From contig CAWBVY010000008.1 of assembly GCA_963792415.1 (NCBI GenBank), forward strand, positions 32,001-96,000: 64,000 nt of DNA. The letters are read 5' to 3'. The position numbers and the translations under genes are program-made. The DNA comes from Candidatus Deferrimicrobiaceae bacterium (GTDB lineage: Bacteria; Desulfobacterota; Deferrimicrobia; Deferrimicrobiales; Deferrimicrobiaceae). This document shows positions 1 to 9,721 of the stretch, one piece after another. The first letter of the stretch is position 1. Each line of letters begins with the position of its first letter. The notes under the pieces were generated by a model. That model was not told the origin of the DNA. It was given only the letters and a program-made list of their open reading frames with translations, and made no database searches.

Positions 1-1089
1 AATCGGCCGGGATCTTCCGGAACTCGGGGGGAGCTTGTCCGGCGCCACGAATTCCCACGGTCCGCCGGCAAGGGACGGGGTGGCGAACCATCGGCCCGAG
101 AGAAGGGCGAAATGTTTCTGCGTGCCGATCGGCAGGAACAGGTCGGTCGCGGTGTTCTCCACGTACAGCAGTTCGTTTCCCGGGATGGAAGCGTACTTCG
201 GGCCGCCGTCGGTCTGGATGAGCTCGGTGGGCTCCGTGGCCACGACGACCTCCGGGGGCACGGGTTTCTCCTCGCCCTTGGCGGGGGAAGCCTTCTTTTC
301 GGTCTTTTGCCCGCCCCCTTTCTCCTCGGCCTTGGCCGCCACCGTCGCCTGCAGTTTCCGGACGGAGGCCGGAGGATTGGCACCCGCCTTCCACGTTCCG
401 GCGGGGTCCGGGGCGCTGTACCAGAACTCCCCGAGGCTCAGATACCATGGCCCCGTGGCGTCCCGCACCACGAAGAACGGCGTGTTCTCCGCCCGTTTCA
501 GGTTCGTCCCGTCGACCGCGCGGACGCGGGGCTTCCCGTCGTACAGGAGCAGCACGGAGGGATGGGTGCGGAACACGATCTTCGGCGGATCCGTCCGGAA
601 CCGCTCGACCGCGGTCTGCTCCTTCTTCGCCAGCTCCAGCGCCGGAAGGATCGTGTCGAGGGAGCCGTGGATGTTCCACTTCGGTATCTCTTTTTCGAGC
701 AACCGGGCGGTCTTCTCGGCATTCTCCGGGTCGGGCTCGGAGAACTTGACGCCGGGCACCTTGATCTTTTCAAGGGTGTAGGTTCGGGAATCCCGGTCGG
801 TCCGGAGCTTCGCCTCGAACCAGAAGGCCCCGAAGGTCGGATCGCCTCCGGTGGGCGCGAAGGAGATCGCGGCCCTCCCCGTCAGCGTGTCGCCTTCCAG
901 GGATTCGAGCTGGGGCTGGTAGACCAGGACCTTCCCTTCCTTCGTCAGGATCTCCTGGGGCCAGTCGTTCGCCGCGGCGAATTCCTCCGCCGGCGAGGGA
1001 TGGACGGAAAGGAGGAGGAGCAGCAGGGCGGCCGCGAGGGCCACCGAAAGGATCCTCTCCGGCAGGCGGTTTTGCGGTTCGGTGCGCAT
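1..1089 (-). CDS. Exported hypothetical protein of the family often annotated 'carbohydrate-binding family V/XII'; runs off the left edge
   Basis: Not in the ORF track (no stop in window). Manual translation: MRTEPQNRLPERILSVALAAALLLLLLSVHPSPAEEFAAANDWPQEILTKEGKVLVYQPQLESLEGDTLTGRAAIS...FGAFWF...; signal peptide; GA-rich RBS upstream. Confidence 0.75.
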   Translation of the reverse strand, partial: MRTEPQNRLPERILSVALAAALLLLLLSVHPSPAEEFAAANDWPQEILTKEGKVLVYQPQLESLEGDTLTGRAAISFAPTGGDPTFGAFWFEAKLRTDRDSRTYTLEKIKVPGVKFSEPDPENAEKTARLLEKEIPKWNIHGSLDTILPALELAKKEQTAVERFRTDPPKIVFRTHPSVLLLYDGKPRVRAVDGTNLKRAENTPFFVVRDATGPWYLSLGEFWYSAPDPAGTWKAGANPPASVRKLQATVAAKAEEKGGGQKTEKKASPAKGEEKPVPPEVVVATEPTELIQTDGGPKYASIPGNELLYVENTATDLFLPIGTQKHFALLSGRWFATPSLAGGPWEFVAPDKLPPSSGRSRPI

Positions 1090-1384
1090 AATGCCTCTCT
1101 CTCCCGACGGAACCTTCACCATATCTCCGGCCTTGAATGCCATATCCATACGATACCGCTCCGTCCCGGGTAGATGCAATCATCGATGTCGAAACTTTGA
1201 TGCTCGTGGGGGGGAGAATATTCATCTGTCCCGTTTGTGAACAATTTTCCGGGAAGGCAAGCCGATTCGCAGCGGAAACCGTATGAAAACAGCGGTTTTT
1301 CATGGTGGATCAAGGTGTTATTATGACGCGGTGTCGACGGGGTGATCCCGCAGCGGGAAGAGCGGACAAGAGGAGGGGGAGAGG

Positions 1385-2236
1385 ATGAGGATGCATGCCC
1401 GTACCGTGAAGGCCGGTCTGGTGTTTATGGCGCTGGTCGCGATCTCCCTTCCGGCGTATGCAGGGGAACCGGCGCCGGCCGACAAGTGGACCTTCGCCGT
1501 GAGGCCGTACCTGTGGGCCCCCGGCATCGGCGGGACGCTGAAATACGACATCCCGCCGAGCGGCGGCGGCGGGGCCACCGTGGACCTCTCGAGCTACATC
1601 CTCCAGAACCTCAACATGGCGTTGATGCTGAGCGCCGAGGCGCGGAAGGGGGAGTGGTCCGTCCTGACGGACGTGGTCTACCTGGACGTCGAATCCGACG
1701 ACAGCAAGGTGAAGTCCGTCAGCTTCACGACCCCCGGGGGCCGGGTCGATGTTTCCGCCGGGGCGGATGTGGGCACCAAGGTCAAGCTCACCGGGTTCGA
1801 GTGGGAATTGGCCGGGGCCTACACCGTTGCGCGCGGCGGGAATTCGTCGCTGGACGTCCTCGCCGGGGTCCGCTACCTGGGGATCGAGTTGAAAACCGAC
1901 TGGCAGCTTTCCGGTTCGATCACGGGGCCCGGGTCGGGCCAGTCCTTCGCCGCTTCGGGGAGCACCTCGGATAGAGTGGACCTCTGGGACGGGATCATCG
2001 GAGTCCGCGGCTATGTGGGCCTGGGTCAAAGCAAGTGGGCCATCCCGTACTACCTCGACGTGGGGACGGGCGACTCGGCCATCACGTCTCAGGCGATGGC
2101 GGGGATCGAGTACCGGTATTCCTGGGGCGAACTGCAGCTGTTGTATCGGTACCTGTATTACGACCTGAAGGGCGACAAACTGCTGCAGAACGTCAGCTTC
2201 AACGGCCCCGCTATCGGCGTGAACTTCCGATTCTGA
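1385..2236 (+). CDS. Outer-membrane beta-barrel protein of unknown function
   Basis: Signal peptide, amphipathic beta-strand pattern, C-terminal aromatic (GVNFRF), GGAGAGG RBS. Confidence 0.75.
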   Translation: MRMHARTVKAGLVFMALVAISLPAYAGEPAPADKWTFAVRPYLWAPGIGGTLKYDIPPSGGGGATVDLSSYILQNLNMALMLSAEARKGEWSVLTDVVYLDVESDDSKVKSVSFTTPGGRVDVSAGADVGTKVKLTGFEWELAGAYTVARGGNSSLDVLAGVRYLGIELKTDWQLSGSITGPGSGQSFAASGSTSDRVDLWDGIIGVRGYVGLGQSKWAIPYYLDVGTGDSAITSQAMAGIEYRYSWGELQLLYRYLYYDLKGDKLLQNVSFNGPAIGVNFRF

Positions 2237-2494
2237 CAGTCCGGACTACGGGACCGATCTCCTCTGTCCAGCTGCGGAACTCCTTCGTCCGCAGCGATTC
2301 GGCATCATCAAACACCAACAGGAGACGCCGGGACACAACCCGGTTTTGTCTCAGATAGGGGTCGCGCGGGCCTCTGCCTCGATCGTTCCCTTTTCGGCAT
2401 CGTTTGTTTCCGATTCTACCGTATTTCCGCATGCGGCAAACCGTCGCGAAAAATACTTCCTTATTATTCCGTTTGATTGCTATTCTGGCCGAAA

Positions 2495-4060
2495 ATGGGA
2501 AAAGGATCCTTCACGATGGTTGTTGCGGTTCTGGCGGCGCTGACGTTCGTCAACGGCTGCGCCACCTTGCCGAAGAACGTGAACCGCCCCGAATCGTTCG
2601 CCTACACCGACACGTTGGATACCGAATCCGGCAGGAGGTACGCCGAGGAAACGGCGGCGCATCCCGGAGAGTCCGGATTTTACCTGCTGGCGAAGGGCCT
2701 GGATGCCTTCGTGGCCCGCGCGGTCCTCGCGCATCTGGCCGAACGCAGCATCGACGTGCAGTATTACCTTTACCACGACGATCTCGTCGGCCGTCTGTTC
2801 ACCTGGCAGTTGATACAGGCGGCCGACCGGGGAGTCCGGGTTCGCCTGCTGGTCGACGACATGGATCTCGGCGGAAGGGACCTCGGCGCGGCCGTCCTGG
2901 ACAGCCACCCGAACGTGGAAGTCCGCCTCTTCAATCCCTTCAGCCGGAAGACGGGCAGAATCTCCCAATTCGTGACCCGGATGGGCGAGGTGACCCGCCG
3001 GATGCACAACAAGTCGTTCACGGTCGACAGCCAGGCGACCATCCTGGGCGGCCGCAACATCGGCAACGAATACTTCGAGGCAGATCCGGACCTCGCGTTC
3101 GCGGACCTGGACGTCCTCGCCATCGGGCCGGTCGCACGGGAGGTTTCGACCGCCTTCGACCTGTACTGGAACAGCGAGCTGGCCTATCCCGTATCGGTCC
3201 TGGTCGATGCGCCCCCGACCCCGGAAGAAATCGCGCAAAAGCGTCGGCAGTTGAGCGATTTCGTCGCGACGCAGGAGGATTCGGCCTACCTGCAGGCCCT
3301 GCGGAGCTCCGATCTGGCCGAAAAGCTCCGGAAGAATCAGGTCCGGCTCGTCTGGGGAAACGCCGTCGTCGTCTACGACCGGCCGGAAAAGATCCGCGAC
3401 GACACCGGCAAGAAGGAGTATCGCCTGCTCCCGCAGCTGCTGGCGTACGGGGAGGGGGTTCAAAAAGAGCTGATCATCTTCTCCCCCTATTTCGTGCCCG
3501 GGAAAGAGGGAACGGCCTTTCTGACAGGGCTTGTCGCTCGCGGCGTCCGGGTGCGGATCCTGACAAATTCGCTGGCCTCGAACGACGTGAGCGTCGTGCA
3601 CGCCGGGTATGCCAACTACCGCAAGGCGCTTCTGCGGGGGGGGGTCGAGCTGTACGAGATGAACAGGAAGCTGACCCCGGAACAACGGAAGGAGAAGAAG
3701 GGGGCGGAGGGATCGTCCAAGGCGAGCCTCCACGCCAAATCGTTCGTGTACGACCGCCGGCAGGTCTTCATCGGCTCCCTGAACCTCGATCCCCGGGCGG
3801 TGGAGCACAACACCGAGATCGGCGTCGTGCTGACCTCCCCGGAGATCGCGCAGGGAATGGGGGAATGGTTCGATAACAACATCGGGAAACTGGCGTTTCG
3901 CCTGGAGCTGAAGCGAGGCGAAGACGGGTCTGAGACCCTCCTCTGGCACGGCATCGTCGACGGCAAGCCGGAGACCTTCGACGCGGAGCCGTACACGGGG
4001 TTCTGGAAGCGGCTGGGGATCGGGTTCCTGCGCCTGCTTCCCATCGAGTCGCAACTTTAG
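2495..4060 (+). CDS. Phospholipase D family lipoprotein (ClsC/YmdC-like cardiolipin synthase)
   Basis: Two HKD motifs (RMHNKSFTVD, LHAKSFVYD), GGRNIGNEYF, GSLNLDPR; lipobox-like VNGC. Start could be 2495 or 2516. Confidence 0.9.
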   Translation: MGKGSFTMVVAVLAALTFVNGCATLPKNVNRPESFAYTDTLDTESGRRYAEETAAHPGESGFYLLAKGLDAFVARAVLAHLAERSIDVQYYLYHDDLVGRLFTWQLIQAADRGVRVRLLVDDMDLGGRDLGAAVLDSHPNVEVRLFNPFSRKTGRISQFVTRMGEVTRRMHNKSFTVDSQATILGGRNIGNEYFEADPDLAFADLDVLAIGPVAREVSTAFDLYWNSELAYPVSVLVDAPPTPEEIAQKRRQLSDFVATQEDSAYLQALRSSDLAEKLRKNQVRLVWGNAVVVYDRPEKIRDDTGKKEYRLLPQLLAYGEGVQKELIIFSPYFVPGKEGTAFLTGLVARGVRVRILTNSLASNDVSVVHAGYANYRKALLRGGVELYEMNRKLTPEQRKEKKGAEGSSKASLHAKSFVYDRRQVFIGSLNLDPRAVEHNTEIGVVLTSPEIAQGMGEWFDNNIGKLAFRLELKRGEDGSETLLWHGIVDGKPETFDAEPYTGFWKRLGIGFLRLLPIESQL

Positions 4061-4225
4061 GGTCGGGCCTGAAATCGCAGGACACACGAAACGACCACGG
4101 ATTCTCCTTCATCGAAATTGATAAGAATCCGAATGTCTGGTATATTTAGGAACACGAATCCTCAAAGGGAAGATGAGAGCCGGAACTCTTCAGAATTACT
4201 CGGGATCACCGACCAGGAGGGGACG

Positions 4226-5809
4226 ATGCGATCACAAGGGAGAAAGGTCAGGGTCCGGTGGTTTACGGGATTGGCGGTGGTCGCCTTGGTGTGCGCCGTC
4301 ATGATTGCCGCCTCGCCGGCGGCCGCGGTGGACAAGAAACCGAACATCCTCGTGATCTGGGGCGACGACATCGGCTGGTTCAACGTCAGCGCCTACAATC
4401 ACGGCATGATGGGGTACAAAACCCCCAACATCGACAGCATCGCCAAGGAAGGAGCGCTGTTCACCGACTGGTACGGCGAGCAGAGTTGTACCGCCGGACG
4501 CTCGGCGTTCATCACGGGGCAGAGCGGCTTCCGCACCGGAAACCTCAAGGTCGGCCTGCCAGGTGCGAAGGAAGGGCTGCAGGCGCGTGACGTCACGCTC
4601 GCCCAGCTGCTCAAGGCGCAGGGATACATGACCGCGCAGTTCGGCAAGAACCACCTGGGTGATGCCGACGAGACTCTGCCGACCATGCACGGCTTCGACG
4701 AGTTCTTCGGCTCGCTCTACCACCTCAACGCGGAGCAGGAGCCGGAAAATCCGGACTACTTCAAGGATCCGGCGTTGCAGAAGAGGTTCGGCACGCGCGG
4801 CGTGATCCATACCTGGGCCAACCCGGACGGGACCCAGAGGATCGAGTCCACCGGTCCGCTCACCATCAAGCGGATGGAGACGATCGACGAGGAAGTCACC
4901 AGGGCCTCGCTCGAATACCTCGAGAAGGCGGCGAAGTCCGGCAAGCCGTTCTTCCTCTGGTGGAACTCCACCCGCATGCACGTCTGGACGCACCTTAAGA
5001 AGGAGAGCCAGGGGGTGACCGGCCTGGGCACCTACCCGGACGGCATGGTGGAGCACGACGGCCACGTCGGCCAGCTGCTCGACAAGCTCAAGGCGCTTGG
5101 CCTCGACGAGAACACCATCGTCATGTATTCCAGCGACAACGGCGCGGAGAAATTCACCTGGCCCGACGGGGGCACGTCGCCCTTCCGCGGCGAGAAGAAC
5201 GAGAACTGGGAAGGCGGCTACCGCGTTCCCACGCTGATCAAGTGGCCCGGCCTCATCAAGCCCGGCACGGTCAGCAACGACATCTTCTCGCACATGGACA
5301 TGCTGCCCACGATCATGGCCGCTGTGGGCGTTCCGGACGTCAAGGAGCAGCTCCTGAAAGGGATGAAGGTCGGCGACAAGACCTTCAAGGTGCACCTCGA
5401 CGGGTACGACGTGACCGACGCCTTTGCGGGAAAAGGCCCGAATCCGCGCCACGAGTTCTTCTATTTCAACGACGACGGCTCGCTGGTGGCGCTGCGTTTC
5501 AACCAGTGGAAGCTCGTGTTCCAGGAGCAGCGCGCGCACGGCTTCGATGTCTGGCAGGAGCCGTTCGTGGCGCTGCGCGTGCCCAAGCTCTTCAACCTCC
5601 GGACCGACCCGTTCGAGGAGGCCGACCACATCGCCATGGACTACGGCCACTGGCGGTTTGACCGCATCTTCCTGCTCGTGCCGGCGCAGCAGTACGTCGG
5701 GAAATTCCTCGCCACCTTCAAGGAATTCCCTCCGAGCCAGAAAGTCGGCAGCTTCAGCCTCGACCAGGTGATGCAACAGCTCACGGCTCCGGCGAAGGGC
5801 AGCAACTGA
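4226..5809 (+). CDS. Exported arylsulfatase (formylglycine-dependent, Cys type)
   Basis: KPNILVIWGDDIG, SCTAGRSAFITG, FGKNHLG, SSDNG, GEKNENWEGG; AGGAGG RBS before ATG 4226; signal peptide. Confidence 0.92.
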   Translation: MRSQGRKVRVRWFTGLAVVALVCAVMIAASPAAAVDKKPNILVIWGDDIGWFNVSAYNHGMMGYKTPNIDSIAKEGALFTDWYGEQSCTAGRSAFITGQSGFRTGNLKVGLPGAKEGLQARDVTLAQLLKAQGYMTAQFGKNHLGDADETLPTMHGFDEFFGSLYHLNAEQEPENPDYFKDPALQKRFGTRGVIHTWANPDGTQRIESTGPLTIKRMETIDEEVTRASLEYLEKAAKSGKPFFLWWNSTRMHVWTHLKKESQGVTGLGTYPDGMVEHDGHVGQLLDKLKALGLDENTIVMYSSDNGAEKFTWPDGGTSPFRGEKNENWEGGYRVPTLIKWPGLIKPGTVSNDIFSHMDMLPTIMAAVGVPDVKEQLLKGMKVGDKTFKVHLDGYDVTDAFAGKGPNPRHEFFYFNDDGSLVALRFNQWKLVFQEQRAHGFDVWQEPFVALRVPKLFNLRTDPFEEADHIAMDYGHWRFDRIFLLVPAQQYVGKFLATFKEFPPSQKVGSFSLDQVMQQLTAPAKGSN

Positions 5810-5839
5810 CACGGCACACGGAAACATCGGGCCAACCTG

Positions 5840-5870
5840 GGGCCGCACCCGTTCCAAGCGGGTGCGGCCC
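5840..5870 (+). terminator. Intergenic 12-bp GC hairpin (terminator or mRNA stabiliser)
   Basis: GGGCCGCACCCG-TTCCAAG-CGGGTGCGGCCC; weak U tract. Confidence 0.5.
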
Positions 5871-5895
5871 TGCTTTCTGCGGAAGGATCATCCGT

Positions 5896-6888
5896 ATGAA
5901 ATTCGCAAAACAGTTATTCCCTGTTGCCCTGTGCGTCGCCAGCCTGGCGCTGCCAGCGTTCGCCGCCGATCCCTTGCCGTCCTGGAACGACACCGCGCCG
6001 AAGAAGGCCATCGTCGCATTCGTCGAGCGCGTTACGAAATCAGGCTCGCCCGACTTCGTTCCGCCCGCCGAGCGGATCGCCACGTTCGACCAGGACGGCA
6101 CGCTTTGGGCCGAGCAGCCGATGTATGCCCAACTCGCCTTCGCGCTCAGCCGCGTGAAGGCGCTCGCGCCGCAGCACTCCGAATGGAAGGAAAAACAGCC
6201 GTTCAAGGCCGCCCTGGAGGGCAACCTGAAGACGGTCTTCGCCGGCGGCGAACATGCCTTGCTGGAACTTGTCATGGCCTCGCACGCCGGCAACACCACG
6301 GAGGAGTTCGCGCAAACCGTCAAGGAGTGGATCGCGACGGCACGGCATCCGAAGATCGGCCGGCTTTACACGGAGATGGTCTATCAGCCGATGCTCGAAC
6401 TGCTCGCCTACCTGCGTGCGAACGGGTTCAAGACCTACATCGTGTCCGGCGGCGGGATCGAGTTCATGCGCCCGTGGACGGAAAAGGTCTACGGGATCCC
6501 CCCCGAGCAGGTCATCGGCAGCAGCATCAGGACGAAGTTCGAGGTGCGCGACGGCAAACCCTTGCTCTTGCGCTTGCCGGAGATCGACTTCATTGACGAC
6601 AAAGAGGGCAAACCGGTCGGCATCAACCGGCACATCGGCCGCCGTCCCATCGCGGCCTTCGGCAACTCCGACGGCGATTTCGAAATGCTCGAGTGGACCA
6701 CCGCCGGGCCGGGCCCGCGACTGGGGGTCTACGTCCACCACGACGACGCCGGCCGCGAGTGGGCCTACGACCGCACGTCGCCCATCGGGAAACTCGACCG
6801 CGGGCTCGACGAAGCCCCCAAACGCGGATGGGTCGTCATCAGCATGAAGAACGACTGGAAGCGGGTGTTCCCGTTCGAGCGTCCTTGA
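5896..6888 (+). CDS. Exported HAD-superfamily hydrolase / acid phosphatase
   Basis: Motif I FDQDGTLW, IVSGGG, FGNSDGD; signal peptide. Confidence 0.88.
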   Translation: MKFAKQLFPVALCVASLALPAFAADPLPSWNDTAPKKAIVAFVERVTKSGSPDFVPPAERIATFDQDGTLWAEQPMYAQLAFALSRVKALAPQHSEWKEKQPFKAALEGNLKTVFAGGEHALLELVMASHAGNTTEEFAQTVKEWIATARHPKIGRLYTEMVYQPMLELLAYLRANGFKTYIVSGGGIEFMRPWTEKVYGIPPEQVIGSSIRTKFEVRDGKPLLLRLPEIDFIDDKEGKPVGINRHIGRRPIAAFGNSDGDFEMLEWTTAGPGPRLGVYVHHDDAGREWAYDRTSPIGKLDRGLDEAPKRGWVVISMKNDWKRVFPFERP

Positions 6889-7002
6889 ACGGCTCGCGAA
6901 CAGCAGGCATTTGTTGATCGGCGCGCAAATAAATTACCTGCATCGGCCGCAATCCTTTCCCGAAAAGCGGCCGGGATGGGGAAAGGAACAGGACCCCGGG
7001 GT

Positions 7003-9402
7003 CTATTTCCCCATCGACTGGAGCTTGTTCCGGAATTGCGCCCGGTCGGGCTCCGGCAGCTCCGCGTTGTCCGCGGCCTTCCGGTAGACCTTCTTCGCCT
7101 CGCCGGCCTTCCCCTGTTTCTCGTAGATCGTGCCGAGCATCACGTATGCGGGCGAGTACGGCTGGTTCCGGTCCACGATCTTGCGTAACACCGGGATCGC
7201 CTTCGCCGTGTCCCCCTTCCGGTCCAGAAAGTACGCGTACGTGAATCCGTATTTCGGTTCTTCCGGGCGAAGGGCCGTCGCCTTCCTGCACCACGTGAGC
7301 GCCTCGTCCATCCGGTCCTTCGACGCGACCACGCACAGGTTGTAGGCCGCCTGTGCGGATTTCGGATCGGCCTTCGCCGCCGCACGGAACTCCTTTTCCG
7401 CCTCCTTCTCCTTCCCCATCTCCCCCAGCAGCATCCCGAGGTTCAGGCGCGCGGCCACGTTTTCCGGGGCGATCTTCACGGCCCGGCGCAGCGCCTTCTC
7501 GGCATTCTCCTTGTCGCCGAGGGCGTAGTAGGCCATCGACGCGTTGACCAGCGGCGGCACGCTGTCGGGGCGGAGCCTGGAGGAGATCCCGTATTCTTCG
7601 ATGGCTTTCTTCGGTTCGCCTTCGGCGAGGTAGAGGTTCCCGAGGTTGTAGTGGGAGGCGTGGTCGTCAGGCCGGGCCCGGAACGATGTAACCGCCTCCT
7701 CCCGCGCATTTTCCAGGGACCGCCGGTCCACTTCCCCGAGCCGGTCCGGCGGCATGCCGGCGAGCGCCTCGGCCGCGCGGACGCGAACCAGCCGGTAGTC
7801 GTCCCGGGTCGCCGCGAGGAGGGGTTGCAGGGATTGCGGAGTGACGTGCCCGGTCAGTGCAACCGCCGCTGCGCCGCGGACCAGGGGGGAGGGGTCCGAG
7901 AGGGCCTTGATGAACGCGGGCCATTTCTTCCCGTCCGGGCACGCCCGCAGGAGGCGGACGAGGGAGGTGGCGACGATCTCGTCCCGGTCCTTCTCCTCGA
8001 GATAGGCGAACATCTCCGGCAGATTTTTCCACTCCCGCTTCCGGGCGGCGGCCACGAGTCCGGCCTGCCGCAGCACCGGCGCCTGGTAATCCCGCGGACG
8101 CCACGCCCGGACGAGGTTGTCCGCCCACCCGGCGCCCTTGTCCGCGTGGCACAGGTTGCAGGCGTTGGGGGACTTGTAGGCGAGGGTCGCCGCCGGCGTC
8201 GGCGGCAGCATCGAGTGGTCGCTCCGGCGCATCCGGGCGAACTCCGTCATCGGCATGTGGCAGGAGATGCACCGGCTCGCCTCGCTCTCCGTCGGGTGGT
8301 GGCTGTGGGTGGAGGCGTTCGCCACCCGCTCCTCGTGGCAAGGGAGGCACGCCTTGTTCGCGTCCTCAGGCTTCTTGAAGCGATACCGTCCGCTCGAGGT
8401 GTGGCAGTGCATGCAGCTGAGTTTCCCGGACTTCACGCACGGGCTCATCCGCCAGCGCGTGTAGGTGTAGTTCTCCCCGAGGTCCCGGCCGTCCGGGGAG
8501 AAGTCCGTGTCCTCCAGGGTGGTGAGGTCGAAATGGTCGAAGAACCGCTCCCCGGGCGTGAAGGCCGGGGAGACGGGGGACATCTTCGCGTGGCACGGGC
8601 CGCAGTTGGAGTTGTGCTGCTCCACGGTGAACGTCTTGGTGACGATGATCTTCGGGTCCTTGAGCGGTTCCCCCTTCGGGGTCTCCCGGGCGACCCGCAC
8701 GTGCTCGGCCCCGGGATTGTGGCACGTCTCGCAGTTGATCCCCGGCTCCGTCCAGGTGGTGCGGTAAGTGTCCGTCGACAGGTCGTAGTTGATCGAGACC
8801 TGGCTCACGTGGCAGCCGTGGCACGCGGTGTTGAAGGTGTAGAGCGGATCGGTCCATGGGAGGGCCACAGCGTTGTCGGAAAAGGGACGGAGGTGGCTGT
8901 CGGTGGTCAGGAACCACTCCTGCTTCCGCACGTCGTAGGCGACGGGGAGGACCTGCAGGCGCCCTTTCTCGAGGGGCGTGAGGAAGTAAAAAACGTTTTT
9001 CCCGCCAACGGCGAAGTCGATCCGGTACTTCAGTTCCCCCTTCGGGCCACGCTCGACGACCCACGCGGTTTCCCCGTTGATGTCGGCACGGTAGCGCAGG
9101 TTTCCGGCCGCGAGATCCCCCGACGGCTCCGTAAGTTTCTCCTTCGCAAGCTTCGGGGTGAAGGATTGCATCGCGAGTCCGTGGAAGGAGGCGGACCAGA
9201 GCTGGTAGAACCGCTCGTGGCACTCCCTGCACCCCTTGGAGCCGGTCACGCCGGCCGTGGAGACCCCGGGGAGGGCGCCGTTGTCCCCGGCGGGGAGTCC
9301 CGGCGGGGATTGCGGGAACGCGATGCCGGCAGCGAGAAGCGTCGAAAGGAGGAGTGCGGCCAAAACGGCGGCTATCCGGTTCCGGGAAGGTTTCCTGTGC
9401 AA
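7003..9402 (-). CDS. Octaheme c-type cytochrome fused to HEAT and TPR repeats
   Basis: Eight CxxCH motifs (CRECH, CHGCH, CETCH, CGPCH, CMHCH, CLPCH, CISCH, CNLCH); HEAT-like DPSPLVRGAAA; TPR-like HYNLGNLY, RLNLGMLL; signal peptide; TTG start. Confidence 0.88.
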   Translation of the reverse strand: MHRKPSRNRIAAVLAALLLSTLLAAGIAFPQSPPGLPAGDNGALPGVSTAGVTGSKGCRECHERFYQLWSASFHGLAMQSFTPKLAKEKLTEPSGDLAAGNLRYRADINGETAWVVERGPKGELKYRIDFAVGGKNVFYFLTPLEKGRLQVLPVAYDVRKQEWFLTTDSHLRPFSDNAVALPWTDPLYTFNTACHGCHVSQVSINYDLSTDTYRTTWTEPGINCETCHNPGAEHVRVARETPKGEPLKDPKIIVTKTFTVEQHNSNCGPCHAKMSPVSPAFTPGERFFDHFDLTTLEDTDFSPDGRDLGENYTYTRWRMSPCVKSGKLSCMHCHTSSGRYRFKKPEDANKACLPCHEERVANASTHSHHPTESEASRCISCHMPMTEFARMRRSDHSMLPPTPAATLAYKSPNACNLCHADKGAGWADNLVRAWRPRDYQAPVLRQAGLVAAARKREWKNLPEMFAYLEEKDRDEIVATSLVRLLRACPDGKKWPAFIKALSDPSPLVRGAAAVALTGHVTPQSLQPLLAATRDDYRLVRVRAAEALAGMPPDRLGEVDRRSLENAREEAVTSFRARPDDHASHYNLGNLYLAEGEPKKAIEEYGISSRLRPDSVPPLVNASMAYYALGDKENAEKALRRAVKIAPENVAARLNLGMLLGEMGKEKEAEKEFRAAAKADPKSAQAAYNLCVVASKDRMDEALTWCRKATALRPEEPKYGFTYAYFLDRKGDTAKAIPVLRKIVDRNQPYSPAYVMLGTIYEKQGKAGEAKKVYRKAADNAELPEPDRAQFRNKLQSMGK

Positions 9403-9721
9403 TTCGGCACCTCGCGGGGAATCAGTGGAAGAGATCGGCCTACTCCGAATCTTAATGTAAGAACCTTGCCAAAGTCTCGGGGAAAGTTTTTGATGCGGAA
9501 AACCGCGCGGGAACCGGTGGTTTTCCGACCGGGAACGGGGGAAACCGGCCTTTTACAAATTCATTGCAATTATTCCTCCACCAAAATATGCTTCACGTAA
9601 ATCGGCACCAGGCTTTTCCTCCTGCTTCTCCGGCGGATCCGGCATGACGCCTTGCGGTGTTGCACGTGAAGTGGTTTCAAATGCCAGGGGATTCCATCTC
9701 AAGATTACCAGGAGGAAATGT

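Noticed and set aside
35-1173. Plus-strand ORFs 35-781 and 112-1173
   Set aside because: Shadows of the real minus-strand gene starting at 1089, which has a signal peptide and normal composition
2211-2432. Small minus-strand ORF containing RRLLLVFDDAE (Walker-B-like)
   Set aside because: Too short, no RBS or supporting motifs; at most a gene remnant
9639-9656. CCGGCATGACGCCTTGCG as a sigma-54 promoter for the barrel gene
   Set aside because: GG-to-GC spacing is 11, not 10; valid only if an insertion error is present
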